Shown one piece after another: positions 11,861 to 23,309 of a DNA stretch of 64,000 nucleotides. The notes under the pieces were generated by a model. That model worked only from the letters and a program-made list of their open reading frames with translations. It searched no databases and was not told the origin of the DNA. This DNA comes from Amphiscolops sp. MND2022 (taxonomy: Eukaryota): assembly GCA_964187785.1 (NCBI GenBank), contig OZ076410.1:86490001-86554000 (forward strand), in the 5' to 3' direction. Numbering within the stretch: position 1 is the stretch's first letter; each line of letters starts with the position of its first letter. The position numbers were made by a program, and so were the translations under genes.

Positions 11861-13026
11861 TGAATTTTCAAAACTTCTTCATTCTTGGTTCAAAAACCCG
11901 CCACTGTTTGTTCACAACTCATTGACAAACTTTTAGAATAATTCTTCAACTCAAAAAGTTTTCAACTTTGAACAACTTATGCTGAAGAACACATACTTTT
12001 CAAACGAGCTGATGGCAGATACGAAAATTCACAAATAGTAGGAAACAAGTTGTCAATAAAAACTTGAACAAAAATGTCAGTCATTCCAAACTGAAAATTT
12101 TGCCTCAATTTGAAGTCAAATCGTCAAAGGTTGTTCTCACTCCCTAAGTAAGATACACTTCTAGAACAGGACTTATTTCACCTTTAGGTTTAGTATATGG
12201 AACAGTTCATTAGTTTTTATGAACAAAGTTTTTTTCCAAATTTGTCATCTGTGATGAACAAGTGTGTTTTGAATTTGACCATTTTTGACGTTAGTAGCGA
12301 GTACCAGGCTGAAGGGTGAGCTTCCTGGGACCAATTTAATTGACCAATCAGCTTTGAGCGCTAATATGCTAAGCAAGCTGTGTAGCCGTCTCCAGCATTT
12401 CACCAGTCGACTGAAGTTGAGACGACCTCCTAGTCACTCGACTAAATTACTAAATTATCTGAAAGTATTTAGTTGTTTAATACAATGTGTGATGTAAACT
12501 CCGGCCTAGAAGCGGTCTAAAAGGAATTACAATGAGTAAAAAGGTAATGACGATGATGTTTTGTTGCTATTTTAATTTTTGATGATTTTAAAGACTGAGT
12601 CAACAGCCAAAGCAGCATACGGAAATTATTCATTTGAGTCAATTGCTGGAACAATCTACTAGCAAATGTGAATAATCACGAACGGTAAACGTGCTAATGT
12701 ATTGTAAACTGCAATTTTGTACGAATGATTGAGTGCCGTTGCGGTATATTATATTGTAATGATATTAATCTAACTTCTTTAAAATTCTGAAATCAGTTTG
12801 GAATGACTGACATTTTTGTTCAAGTTTTTAATGACAACTTGTTTCCTACTATTTGTGAATTTTCGTATCTGCCATCAGCTCGTTTGAAAAGTATGTGTTC
12901 ATCAGCATAAGTTGTTCAAAGTTGAAAACTTTTTGAGTTGAAGAATTATTCTAAATGTTTGTCAATGAGTTGTGAACAAACAGTGGCGGGTTTTTGAACC
13001 AAGAGTGAAGAAGTTTAGAAAATTCA
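11861..13026. repeat. Long inverted repeat: 234-bp arms (11861-12094 / 12793-13026), 698-bp spacer
   Basis: The arms are reverse complements with about 5 mismatches seen. Outer ends are TG...CA. No TSD found. Confidence 0.9.
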
Positions 13027-14793
13027 CAGTGAGCATTGTGGACATTCTAAATAGTGAGCTGCCTGGGACACCGCATCCGAGTTCCAGTCGATTGAAGCTA
13101 AGGCAACAGAAGAACAATTAAATACATTCCTATAATTGAGTACTTTAGTCGAGTGACTGGGCGGCCGTCCCAGATTCAGTCGACTGGTAAGCGTCCTGTT
13201 CGTAATACACATTCAGGAGCCAAATTGAAAACAAACAATTGTTACAAGCATATTTTGATCACTAGAGATGGGCGACAACCGGCTGAGCCGCTGCCGCTGT
13301 TAACAATACAAGGTTATTAACCATTCTAAGAGCTATGGAAGCATAGTTTGGAGGTGTTTTTTACTAACGGTATGTACCATTTTTTTCAATCAAAGTCAAT
13401 CTGTTAATACGGCGTAAGCAAATCCAACTTTTGTTAATACTGTTGTAGAGGTTAATTACTCAAAACTTGTGCTTGCCTCATTTCAGTTGCTTTTATGATT
13501 GCATGATATGCATTCGTAATTATTTAGATTTGCTGGGAGACTGTCCCAACAATTGACAACATCTGTAAAAGAAAGAAAAAGAATATAAAATTCGAACATT
13601 AAACGTCATCTCAAGGGCCCTGAAGTAGCCATTTGTGAAACCGCATCAAATATGGTTTCCGTCTTGAACTCGTTCTTCACTAGAAAAGACCATAACTTTC
13701 AAGTTGCAATCGCTGAAGCTTGTGAAGCTTTCAATAAATGCTGTCACATTTCGGGTACACTCAAAATCTAGAATTTTATGACCCACAGACGCATCAAGTC
13801 AATCCTCCACAATCGCATCCGTTTTGCTGAATGAAAAACATACTTACTTTCACTCTTATTGTTTCACTACTTGACTTTCTTTTTGATGATGATGTCTTTT
13901 TGATGATTGTAGTTGAACAAGTTGTTCACTTCCTTCAAACCTCCATACACGGGAAACTTTCTCTACTATGATGGACTTTCGTCTCATGCACTATCAACTC
14001 GTTTGGTCAACGCCATTCACCGTTCCTAACTGGTATTCTTCATCGAAACTCGACATCTACACCTTCAAACCCACTGGTCACTGGTCAATGGTCTTCTTGG
14101 TCACTGGTCATCTCTATCGTCAATGGACTTCTACATCTTCAAACCCACTGGTCACTGGTCTCCTACATCGTCACTGGTCTTCTACCTGTCACTGGTCAAC
14201 ACCCCGTTCCTTCGCTCCAGAAAAACACTCCCAGGAAGGAGCTTTAAACTGACTCTACAGTATTTCAAACAATAACTAATTTTTTTTACTTTTAAAACTT
14301 TTATTTCAATACATCCCCCATAACAGCCACAATTTGGACCCATTATAACTTTAATCATTCAACCGTGTACTCGTAGTTACTTATTAATAATTTTATAATG
14401 ATGTTGATCGTAGTCTATAACAATAGCCGCATGTTAATCTAGCAACCACAAAAATTGAAATCTTATTACCCAATGTATGTTAATTTGTAACATTTGCAAT
14501 GACAGAAATTGTACCTCTTAATAATCTTTCATTGTCATTGTGTAAAATTCGCAAATCATTCAATCCTCCATTGATAAACGTGCATAGTACAATATGATTC
14601 TACCTTCTTCTTACAGTACAAAAACCCTTCCTATGATACAAAATGTCTTCTGTCCAAATAACACGAAAACGTTCATTTTACTTTAGAGTACAACATCTTT
14701 TACAAAAGTTTGAAAAAAACTTCCAAGTAGAACAAATTCTTTGCTTCCTATTTGCTAGTCACTTCTGTTGAAAATAAACTCGAATTAGAATCT

Positions 14794-15959
14794 TGAATTT
14801 TCAAAACTTCTTCATTCTTGGTTCAAAAACCCGCCACTGTTTGTTCACAACTCATTGACAAACTTTTAGAATAATTCTTCAACTCAAAAAGTTTTCAACT
14901 TTGAACAACTTATGCTGAAGAACACATACTTTTCAAACGAGCTGATGGCAGATACGAAAATTCACAAATAGTAGGAAACAAGTTGTCAATAAAAACTTGA
15001 ACAAAAATGTTAGTCATTCCAAACTGAAAATTTTGCCTCAATTTGAAGTCAAATCGTCAAAGGTTGTTCTCACTCCCTAAGTAAGATACACTTCTAGAAC
15101 AGGACTTATTTCACCTTTAGGTTTAGTATATGGAACAGTTCATTAATTTTTATGAACAAAGTTTTTTTCCAAATTTGTTATCTGTGATGAACAAGTGTGT
15201 TTTGAATTTGACCATTTTTGACGTTAGTAGCGAGTACCAGGCTGAAGGGTGAGCTGCCTGGGACCAATTTAATTGACCAATCAGCTTTGAGCGCTAATAT
15301 GCTAAGCAAGCTGTGTAGCCGTCTCCAGCATTTCACCAGTCGACTGAAGTTGAGACGACCTCCTAGTCACTCGACTAAATTACTAAATTATCTGAAAGTA
15401 TTTAGTTGTTTAATACAATGTGTGATGTAAACTCCGGCCTAGAAGCGGTCTAAAAGGAATTACAATGAGTAAAAAGGTAATGACGATGATGTTTTGTTGC
15501 TATTTTAATTTTTGATGATTTTAAAGACTGAGTCAACAGTCAAAGCAGCATACGGAAATTATTCATTTGAGTCAATTGCTGGAACAATCTACTAGCAAAT
15601 GTGAATAATCACGAACGGTAAACGTGCTAATGTATTGTAATCTGCAATTTTGTACGAATGATTGAGTGCCGTTGCGGTATATTATATTGTAATGATATTA
15701 ATCTAACTTCTTTAAAATTCTGAAATCAGTTTGGAATGACTGACATTTTTGTTCAAGTTTTTAATGACAACTTGTTTCCTACTATTTGTGAATTTTCGTA
15801 TCTGCCATCAGCTCGTTTGAAAAGTATGTGTTCTTCAGCATAAGTTGTTCAAAGTTGAAAACTTTTTGAGTTGAAGAATTATTCTAAATGTTTGTCAATG
15901 AGTTGTGAACAAACAGTGGCGGGTTTTTGAACCAAGAGTGAAGAAGTTTAGAAAATTCA
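14794..15959. repeat. Second copy of the 234-bp-arm inverted repeat (inside the duplicated unit)
   Basis: Offset 2933 bp from 11861-13026. Confidence 0.9.
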
Positions 15960-18532
15960 CAGTGAGCATTGTGGACATTCTAAATAGTGAGCTGCCTGGG
16001 ACACCGCATCCGAGTTCCAGTCGACTGAAGCTAAGGCAACAGAAGAACAATTAAATACATTCCTATAATTGAGTACTTTAGTCGAGTGACTGGGCGGCCG
16101 TCCCAGACTCAGTCGACTGGTAAGCGTCCTGTTCGTAATACACATTCAGGCACCAAATTGAAAACAAACAATTGTTACAAGCATATTTTGATCACTAGAG
16201 ATGGGCGACAACCGGCTGAGCCGCCGCCGCTGTTAACAATACAACGTTATTAACCATTCTAAGAGCTATGGAAGCATAGTTTGGAGGTGTTTTTTACTAA
16301 CGGTATGTACCATTTTTTTCAATCAAAGTCAATCTGTTAATACGGCGTAAGCAAATCCAACTTTTGTTAATACTGTTGTAGAGGTTAATTACTCAAAACT
16401 TGTGCTTGCCTCATTTCAGTTGCTTTTATGATTGCATGATATGCATTCGTAATTATTTAGATTTGCTGGGAGACTGTCCCAACAATTGACTCAAACGAAG
16501 AATTTCCGTATGCTGCCTGGGAAGTTGACCCGGTCTTTAAAGTTAACAAAAATTAAAACAGCAACAAAACAACATCGTCATTAGCTTTTTTCTCATTTTG
16601 ATTGCTAATTAGACCTTTCTGGACCAAGGTTTACCTCTCACATTGTGTTAAACAACAACTAAACAATTTCACTTTATTGAGTGTTTTAGTCGAGTGACTG
16701 GGCGGTCGTCCCAGTTTCAGTTGACTTGTAAGCGTTGTATTTGTATTACATATCCAGGCGTCAAATTGAAAACAAGTTTTTGTTTTATGTATGTAGTAAT
16801 CACTAGAGCTGCGCGCAGTTGTTAACAATACAAGGTTTTTAATAACCATTCTAAGAGCGATGGAAGCATCGTTTGGAGTTGTTTTTACTCACTGTAAGTA
16901 TCGAATTTTTCCTCAATCAAATTCAAACTGTTGATACAGCGTAAACAAATCCAACTGTTATTAATACTGTGGTAGCTGTTAACTACTCAAAACTTTTGCT
17001 TCCCTCATTTCAGTTGTGTTTGTGCTAACATGATATGCATTCGTAATTGTTTAGACTTGCTGGTAGATTGTCCCAGCAATTGACCCAAACGAAGAAGTTT
17101 CAAATGTTGCCTGGGCCGTTGACTCCGGGGTTTACCTCGCACATTGTGTTAAACAACAACTAAATACTTTCACATGATTGAAAAAATTAGTCGAGTGACT
17201 GGGCGGTCGCCGCAGATTCAGTCAAATGGTAAGCGTCATATTTGTATTACATATTCAGGCATCAAATTGAAAAGAAACATTTGTTACATGTATATAGTGA
17301 TCACTAGAGCTGCGCGCCAGTAGCATGAGCTGCTGCCGCTGTTAACAATTAACAATAAAAGGTTATTAGTTACCAATCTAAGAGCAATGGAATCATCGTT
17401 TGGAGGTATTTTTACTGTCGATGTGTATCAAAAACTTTCCTCAATCAAATTCAAACTGTTAATACAGCGTGAACAAATCTAACTGTTATTAATACTGTGG
17501 TAACTGGTATCTACTCAAAACTTTGCTTGCCTCATTTCAGTGTTTGTGCTGACATGAGATGCAATCAAAATTATTTAGATTTGCTGGTAGATTTTTCCAG
17601 CAATTGACTCAAACGAAGATTTTCCGTATGTTGCCTGGGCCGTTGACTCAGTCTTTAAAAATATCAAAACTTGAAATAGCTACAAAACATCATCGTCATA
17701 AGCTTTTTAATTCATTGTGATTGTTTAATATACCTCTTCTGAGGCGGGGTTTACCCCGCACATATTAAACAACAATTAAATACATTCACATGATTGAGTA
17801 TGTTAGTCGAGTGACTCGGCGGTCGTCCCAGATTCATTTGAGAGGTAAGCGTCGTATCTGTAAGACAAATTCAGGCGTCAAATTGAAAACAAAAATTTGT
17901 TACATGTCTATATTGATCACTGAAGATGCGCGCCAATCGGATGAACCGCCGCCGCTGCTAACAATTCAAGGTTATCAATAACCATCATTACGATACATAT
18001 GCCGCAACGAACTTGCGAAATCTTGCTAGTTGGATTACCAGCCAATAGAAACGCGTTATTATTTCTGATACGCGTTACGAGTTTTGCTCGTTACACTGTG
18101 TGATTTGGCGTTACGCGTAGTGATCAAACTACAGCAAATGACTACTTTACTCTCTCTACAATTACGTACTTTGACTGGTTTCCACTTAATAGAATGATTC
18201 TAAGAGCGATGTAAACATTGTTTCGACTTCTTTTTACTTTCGGTGTGTACCAAAAATTTCCCTCAATCAAATTTAAACTGTTATTACAGCGTAAACAAAT
18301 CCAACTGTTTATTGTTCCAGCAATTGACTCAAACGGAGAATTTCCGTATGCTGCCTGGGCCGTTGACTCAGTCTTCAAAATTATGAAAAATTAAAAAAGC
18401 AACAAAACAACGTCGTCTTTAGCTTTTTACTCATTGTGATTGCTTATAAGACCTTACTGGGTCGGGGTTAACCTCGCACATTGTATCAAATAACAACTAA
18501 GTACTTTCAGATGATTGAGTATTTTAGTCGAG
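15960..18532. repeat. Degenerate ~500-620 bp satellite array; further monomers at 13027-13557 and inverted at ~12380-12680 and ~15310-15610
   Basis: Anchor TTAGTCGAGTGACT(G/C)GGCGG near 13146, 16079, 16687, 17188 and 17804, partial at 18524. Shared GTTAACAAT…ATTCTAAGAGC and CAATTGACTCAAACG…GCCTGGG blocks. Confidence 0.85.
17986..18198. other. About 210-bp unrelated insert within a satellite monomer
   Basis: Splits the monomer motif AACCAT|TCTAAGAGC. No clear TIR or TSD. Confidence 0.5.
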
Positions 18533-18847
18533 CTTTCACCAGATATTTCCCAGCCAAGCAACAAAAGCAGAGTTTCAACGCGTGCTTTTCATATCGTGCT
18601 TGACAATTCATCTTCACAAACTTTTCACATTCTCTCAAAGGGTCTTTACCGTCTTTCAATGGACACTCTTGACCAGTCTTCTTGTCGGTATTGTCATCCG
18701 CAATATTTGAGATCGACTAGTTCTTTGGCTTGTCTTTAATTGTCCATTTCGATTTGCCGGCAATGGGATTGCCCGTATTGAGAACGTCTTCCTGCACGGC
18801 CGCTAACTCTTGAATAACTCTTGAAACCATGTACTGAACACTTCCAG

Positions 18848-19974
18848 CACCATTACGGGGCCAAACAGGGAAATGTTCAAGTTTTCAAGAATCAAGAAAA
18901 GTAGTTGTTTAACGCAGCGAAGTGATTTTTTTTTCGATTCTTGAAATTCGAACTTCGAAGGAATTGTTTATGCCGCCTATAAAAGTCAAGAATTGAGAAA
19001 ACAATAGTGCGCAGGTATTTCCACTAGTTTCAAGAATCGAGAAAAAAACATTCGAGAATCTAGACACTAATTTTAATACATGGAGATAATGTATTAACAT
19101 CAGTTTGTCGATTCTCGAAATTTTGTCGATTCTTGAACATTTTGTCGATTCATGGAAATTTTCTTGATGATATTTATTTAAAATTGATAATGAAATTGCA
19201 ATGAAACTTTTAGGAAAATCGAGAACGAAATTTATTTAAAATTGAGAATCAAATTTTGTTGCACTGGTTTGTTGGGGGAATGGGTTCTGATTTGTTGATA
19301 AGCAGGTTTGTTCATCGATGCCATTCGTGGACAGTAATGTCTGCCAGCAAAACCTATAATGTGTGTTTCAAGAATGACGGACAAACAGATAGCTTGAAGT
19401 TGAAAAGGCCTTGCGTTTTGATCCCAAGCCAGTCCGCAAAGTCCCGGGCATTGGCCAAAGCAGTAGAAAGTCCAATCACGCGAACCTGAAAAAATGTTTG
19501 ATTCAAAATTGAGAATTCAATTAAAATTGGTGTAAAAAAGGATGATATTTATATAAAATTGAGAATGAAATTGTTTTAAAACTGAGCATCAAATTTCAAT
19601 AACATGAAAAAGAATGGAATTTAGTATGATTAGATTAGCAAAGAATTGATGAAAAATTTTGAAGAATTGACAAATATTTTTCAAGAATTCATATAATTTT
19701 TAAGAATCAACGTAAAATTCGAGAATTGAGAAAGATTCAAGAATCGAGAAAAACAGTTTCTAGCTGTTTTTCTCGGTTCTTGAAACTTTTCGCGTTTCTT
19801 CCATGCTATGCATTATTTTTTTTTTCAAGAATCGAGAAAACTCCCCAATTGCTTTCGCTTAGCTTTTCTCGATTCTTGAAATTTGTATGTATTACCATTA
19901 GTTCAAGTATTCAAAAATTACTACAACGAAATCGTTGTAGTTCACGTTTTTCCTACTTTGGCCTCGTAATGGTG
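18848..19974. mobile_element. Non-autonomous TIR DNA element (1127 bp, CAC...GTG termini) inserted in BEL gag, carrying a host exon
   Basis: Left CACCATTACGGGGCCAAA versus reverse complement of right CACCATTACGAGGCCAAA (17/18). Subterminal hairpins built from TTCAAGAATCGAGAAAA. The BEL reading (…NANYYM|LEVFSTWFQELAAVQEDVL) resumes across it. TSD not clear. Confidence 0.8.
19262..19485 (-). pseudogene. ASCC3: Captured exon fragment of ASCC3 (Ski2-like helicase, C-terminal cassette), one 1-nt deletion
   Basis: Manual translation [35 protein letters not shown](P,-1nt)[39 protein letters not shown] matches the ASCC3 motifs [14 protein letters not shown] and [12 protein letters not shown] as I recall them, not SNRNP200. 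Preceded by acceptor CATTTTTTCAG. Confidence 0.9.
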
Positions 19975-21924
19975 ACCATGTAGTAGTTAGCATTTTGTCT
20001 CTTGTAAGTCAATCATTTCGTCTTGATGTTCGATGACAGCATTCTTGTCGCACAACTCAGAACGCATTCTGACTGCAAGTCTCCAACATTTTTCATCTGC
20101 GTCGGAACTTGTACACAACTTGAAACTACTCTCGAGTATTTGACCAATGATACAGAGTTGTACGCTTCCACGGGTGGAAAGGTGTAAATTCGTCTCAGTT
20201 GTGCGTTAACTACACAAAGCGCGCACACAAGTCATTCGAAGCAACATCATACATGTCTGCAGTGTATCCTAGTCCAGCTATTACTGCTTTTGCTTACACA
20301 GTGACCAGCGTTTTGAGGTGGTTCATCTTTAAACTGGTGTCAATGTTCGCAGCGTGTGCACTCGAAAGGAACAAGCCTGACCACTCACGCCATTCCTGAG
20401 AATTCTGTCAGCTTCAGTTTCTGTAGGCTGCTTCATTTCTTGTTGCCGCCAACTGACTCTGAATAGAGGCAGAGTAGTTAGCTGAGGATGCCACTGGTGG
20501 CGGCAATATACTTTTTCTCGTCTGGTTACTACTACCATGGTTGGTTTGGAGGCGCGAAGCTCTCAAACTGGAAGCACACGTTGTTGCACTGTCTTATTCA
20601 TGTGCATCTTCGCTGATGCAGCCTTTGGCGCGAATCGACTTGCCCCCGTACCATCCTGAACATTAGTCGGCGGCGCCATTTTATCAGCCAGGTGGGGCAT
20701 TTGTGTTGTTTGTGACAATGGGTCAGGTTGTGGTTGAATGGGTCTACTGTCCAACGCATTCCTGGCTAACTCACTGCCCTTCTTCGCTGCTTTGCTCTCG
20801 TAGTTGATCTGATCTAACCACGACGGAACTTTCTCAAGGGGATCGCTCTGGACGGTTATTGGAGAGACACTCCAAAAACTTGTGCTTGCCCGACTGCTGC
20901 CCGCTCGAGACAATTCTATTTCTTTTTCTGAGATTCATAAGTCTCTTGCCTTCTCCTCTTAGAGCTTAGCAATTTCGAGTTATTCTGTGAGTTTATCCAA
21001 ATCCTCGTGTTTCTTTCGGATCACTGCATGACGTTTCTTTGCAGCTAATTGTTCATCAATTTCTTCTTGTTTCTTCAATCCTTCTTGTTCTAGGAGCATC
21101 ACTTGCTTTGTAGTAGATGACTTTGAACAAACTGATGTTCTGTTGCTTTTGGTTCGAGGACGTTGTGAATGTGAGCACAGTCCTCCTATTGGCAGTGATT
21201 TAGGCACGCTTCTTGGCTCTTGGTAGTGGTCCGATTTCTGATCCTCTCGCTCCTTTTGTCCGCTTTTGCGGGACTTATCTGCTGTGGAGTTCAGACGAAC
21301 GTCTGCTAGTCTTTGTTCAGCGTCTCCCAGGCTTCGTAAAAGAAGTCGCGCGTTTATAAAAGTTAGCAGGGCTTCCACTTTTGTTTTGACATCGGACCTC
21401 TTTTTCGTGGACGTCTCTGCCGTTTGCGATTCATTATCCCGCAATTTTTCGTTGCTAACCATTTTTTTCATCATTTCTTCGCTTCCAGATCCAAATAGAT
21501 GTGAATCTTATTTTTGTCTTGCATTGCTGACATCAGCATTTTCAAGTGTCCAATGTCAGTGTTTCGTTGCTACAAGACCTCAAATTTGCTCTGAATTTCT
21601 CTGTTCCCTTGTGTGAACGCTTTGGGGATCTGAGGTTGATAAGAAGCCTTTATTGCATTTTGAACTGCCTGTATGAGACGCTCTCGGGTCTGAGCGGTGT
21701 CTTTTCTCCACAACAGTAATTCAGCTATTTGCTTGGTCATCATGGTCGTCATACAGGTTCTCGTCAATTTCTTTGATCGACTTACCATGATCGACAGCCG
21801 CATTCCAATAACTCAAAACTTGAGTTTTATCTGCTGAGTTCTACAAAAAGTTTTCAATTTTGTTGGGATCAAAACTTTTGGGTGCTGCCATCTTCTCACT
21901 TTGCAGTGGATCTCAATCTCCACA

Positions 21925-22110
21925 GTCACAATAACCCAAACACCCAGAGACACAATAGCCCAACCTCTCAGAATCACAGTAGCCCAAACTCCCAGAGACA
22001 CAGTATATACCCAGTAGATCCAGTGATCCCACTCCGAATACTATCTCCCAGAGTCTGCAGAAGTAGCCCAATCCCAGAGTAACCAATTCGCCCAGCAGAG
22101 CCCAGATGAG
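21925..22110. repeat. About 24-25 bp degenerate minisatellite (AGCCCAAACTCCCAGAGACACAGT) in the BEL leader
   Basis: At least four units visible. Confidence 0.7.
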
Positions 22111-22581
22111 TCCACTTTGCAGCACACACAGGTTCGTATGATTCACCAACAGTCGTCGTTCACTGTACAGGTTCACCTGTTGAAACAGTACTTTTCTGAC
22201 TGTGTACCAATTCAATTAGATGATCATCCAGTTGTCCGCCCAATTGATGATGTCCGCCAAAATGATGGTGTCCGCCACAAAAGTGAAGATGTCCAGGTCG
22301 GCTTACCAAAAGTAACGGCTGCTTGATCCCTTCTCTCAACCAAACGTTACGCCGCCCTGAATTCGGTGCTCGGCAATGCGGATCGTTACCGAACACTGCT
22401 TGCTTTTTAGATTAAAAGGACTGTATCTTGACTTAGTAGAATCCAATGATCCCGAATTGCACTTTTTGGTTGTCTCCTAACACGTCCAAATCTCCACAAG
22501 ATGAAGGTAACTAAGTTAGTCGCCCTTAGTCTTTGGCGAAAAGTCGAAAATTGGTGAAAAAATGAATTGAGAATTGATGTA

Positions 22582-22594
22582 GTCCGGAGACCCA
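22582..22594 (-). promoter_or_regulatory. BEL primer-binding site (TGGGTCTCCGGAC)
   Basis: Begins 3 nt after the CA end of the LTR. Decayed copy near 27447-27459. Confidence 0.5.
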
Positions 22595-22597
22595 TTT

Positions 22598-22794
22598 TGG
22601 CTATAGGTATTCAGTCGTTAAAATCCCTAACTAGTGATGGTATAATTCTGGTTACAATTCAACAGTAAATATACATCGAAATGTGTTGTATAACTAAATG
22701 ACATTTAAAGCATAATATGAAGGTATTGGCTAAGTAAACAAACAATGTGGTGGTTTTGGCATGTTAGTCAGGTGGGCTAGATAGTATGTTTACA
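22598..22794 (-). mobile_element. BEL 5' LTR (197 bp); duplicate at ~27463-27659
   Basis: On the minus strand it starts TGTAAAC and ends …TATAGCCA, adjacent to the PBS. Confidence 0.6.
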
Positions 22795-23309
22795 CAATAT
22801 AATTGATATTGATTTCAACAGAGTTACATTACCTTCAAGGTTATATGAGAAAATCACATAATAACTTGTATGGCAAAAACCGGTTTTCATGGGGTCCGTC
22901 CTAAATCACTTTGGGTTTTAATTGCTCGGAACCCAGGGGAGATACGGGGTAGGGTGTTTCAAGTGAAAAGTTAGGGTAACACCACTACTATATGTGTGTT
23001 AAGTTTCGAGGTGATTGAATGTGTGGTTCATCCGGACGGGGGTTGGCCAATTTTTGAGATGCCCTATTTCTGGTGAAACTTATAAAGTTTCCAACTTAAA
23101 TCTTGACAATTTTTCGAAGTGTTTTGAGTTATCATAGTTTTATCACAACTCCTAATAATCACCTTTAAATAATCCTCTCAATCACTTGTTTTCATCCTCT
23201 CTTCTTTTTCCACTGCCAATACGTACTTCATAAACTCCTCCGTGGTTTTCACCCACTTCATATTGAATATTCTATACTCCCTGATATAAACTTAGACCAA
23301 CTTTGGGTA

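Larger units (their letters stand above)
10627..16490. repeat. Head-to-tail tandem duplication, units 10627-13557 (2931 bp) and 13558-16490 (2933 bp)
   Basis: Paired ORFs 11037/13968, 12285/15218 and 13024/15957. Junction AATTG-AC-AACATC has a 2-nt microhomology. Confidence 0.95.
18533..22794 (-). mobile_element. BEL/Pao LTR retrotransposon, 5' half (LTR, PBS, gag), 3'-truncated
   Basis: DUF1759-type gag motifs KMNHLKTLVT…AVIAGLGYTADMY and FPPVEAYNSVSLVKYSRVVSSCVQV…GDLQSECVLS. BEL-type knuckles CPLKDGKDPLRECEKF…LKLCFCCLAGK. TG...CA LTR and PBS upstream. Confidence 0.88.

Noticed and set aside
12285-13070. Micro-exon array (short segments followed by GTGAGCT(G/T)CCTGGGAC donor-like sites)
   Set aside because: The donor-like motif is a variant of the satellite block GTATGCTGCCTGGG, and acceptor AGs are not conserved among monomers.
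19262-19485. A functional ASCC3 gene with giant TE-filled introns spanning the window
   Set aside because: The exon has a frameshift, no convincing donor site, lies inside a TIR element within BEL gag, and I found no other ASCC3 exon.
18881-19880. Heat-shock element cluster (TTCnnGAA)
   Set aside because: Only two-unit matches with non-canonical spacing; better explained as subterminal repeats of the TIR element.
20199-22326. Plus-strand ORFs over the BEL element (e.g. 21266..21616, 22117..22326) and over copia-1 (40233, 41006, 41867, 43346)
   Set aside because: Antisense shadows of minus-strand gag/pol with no independent motifs.
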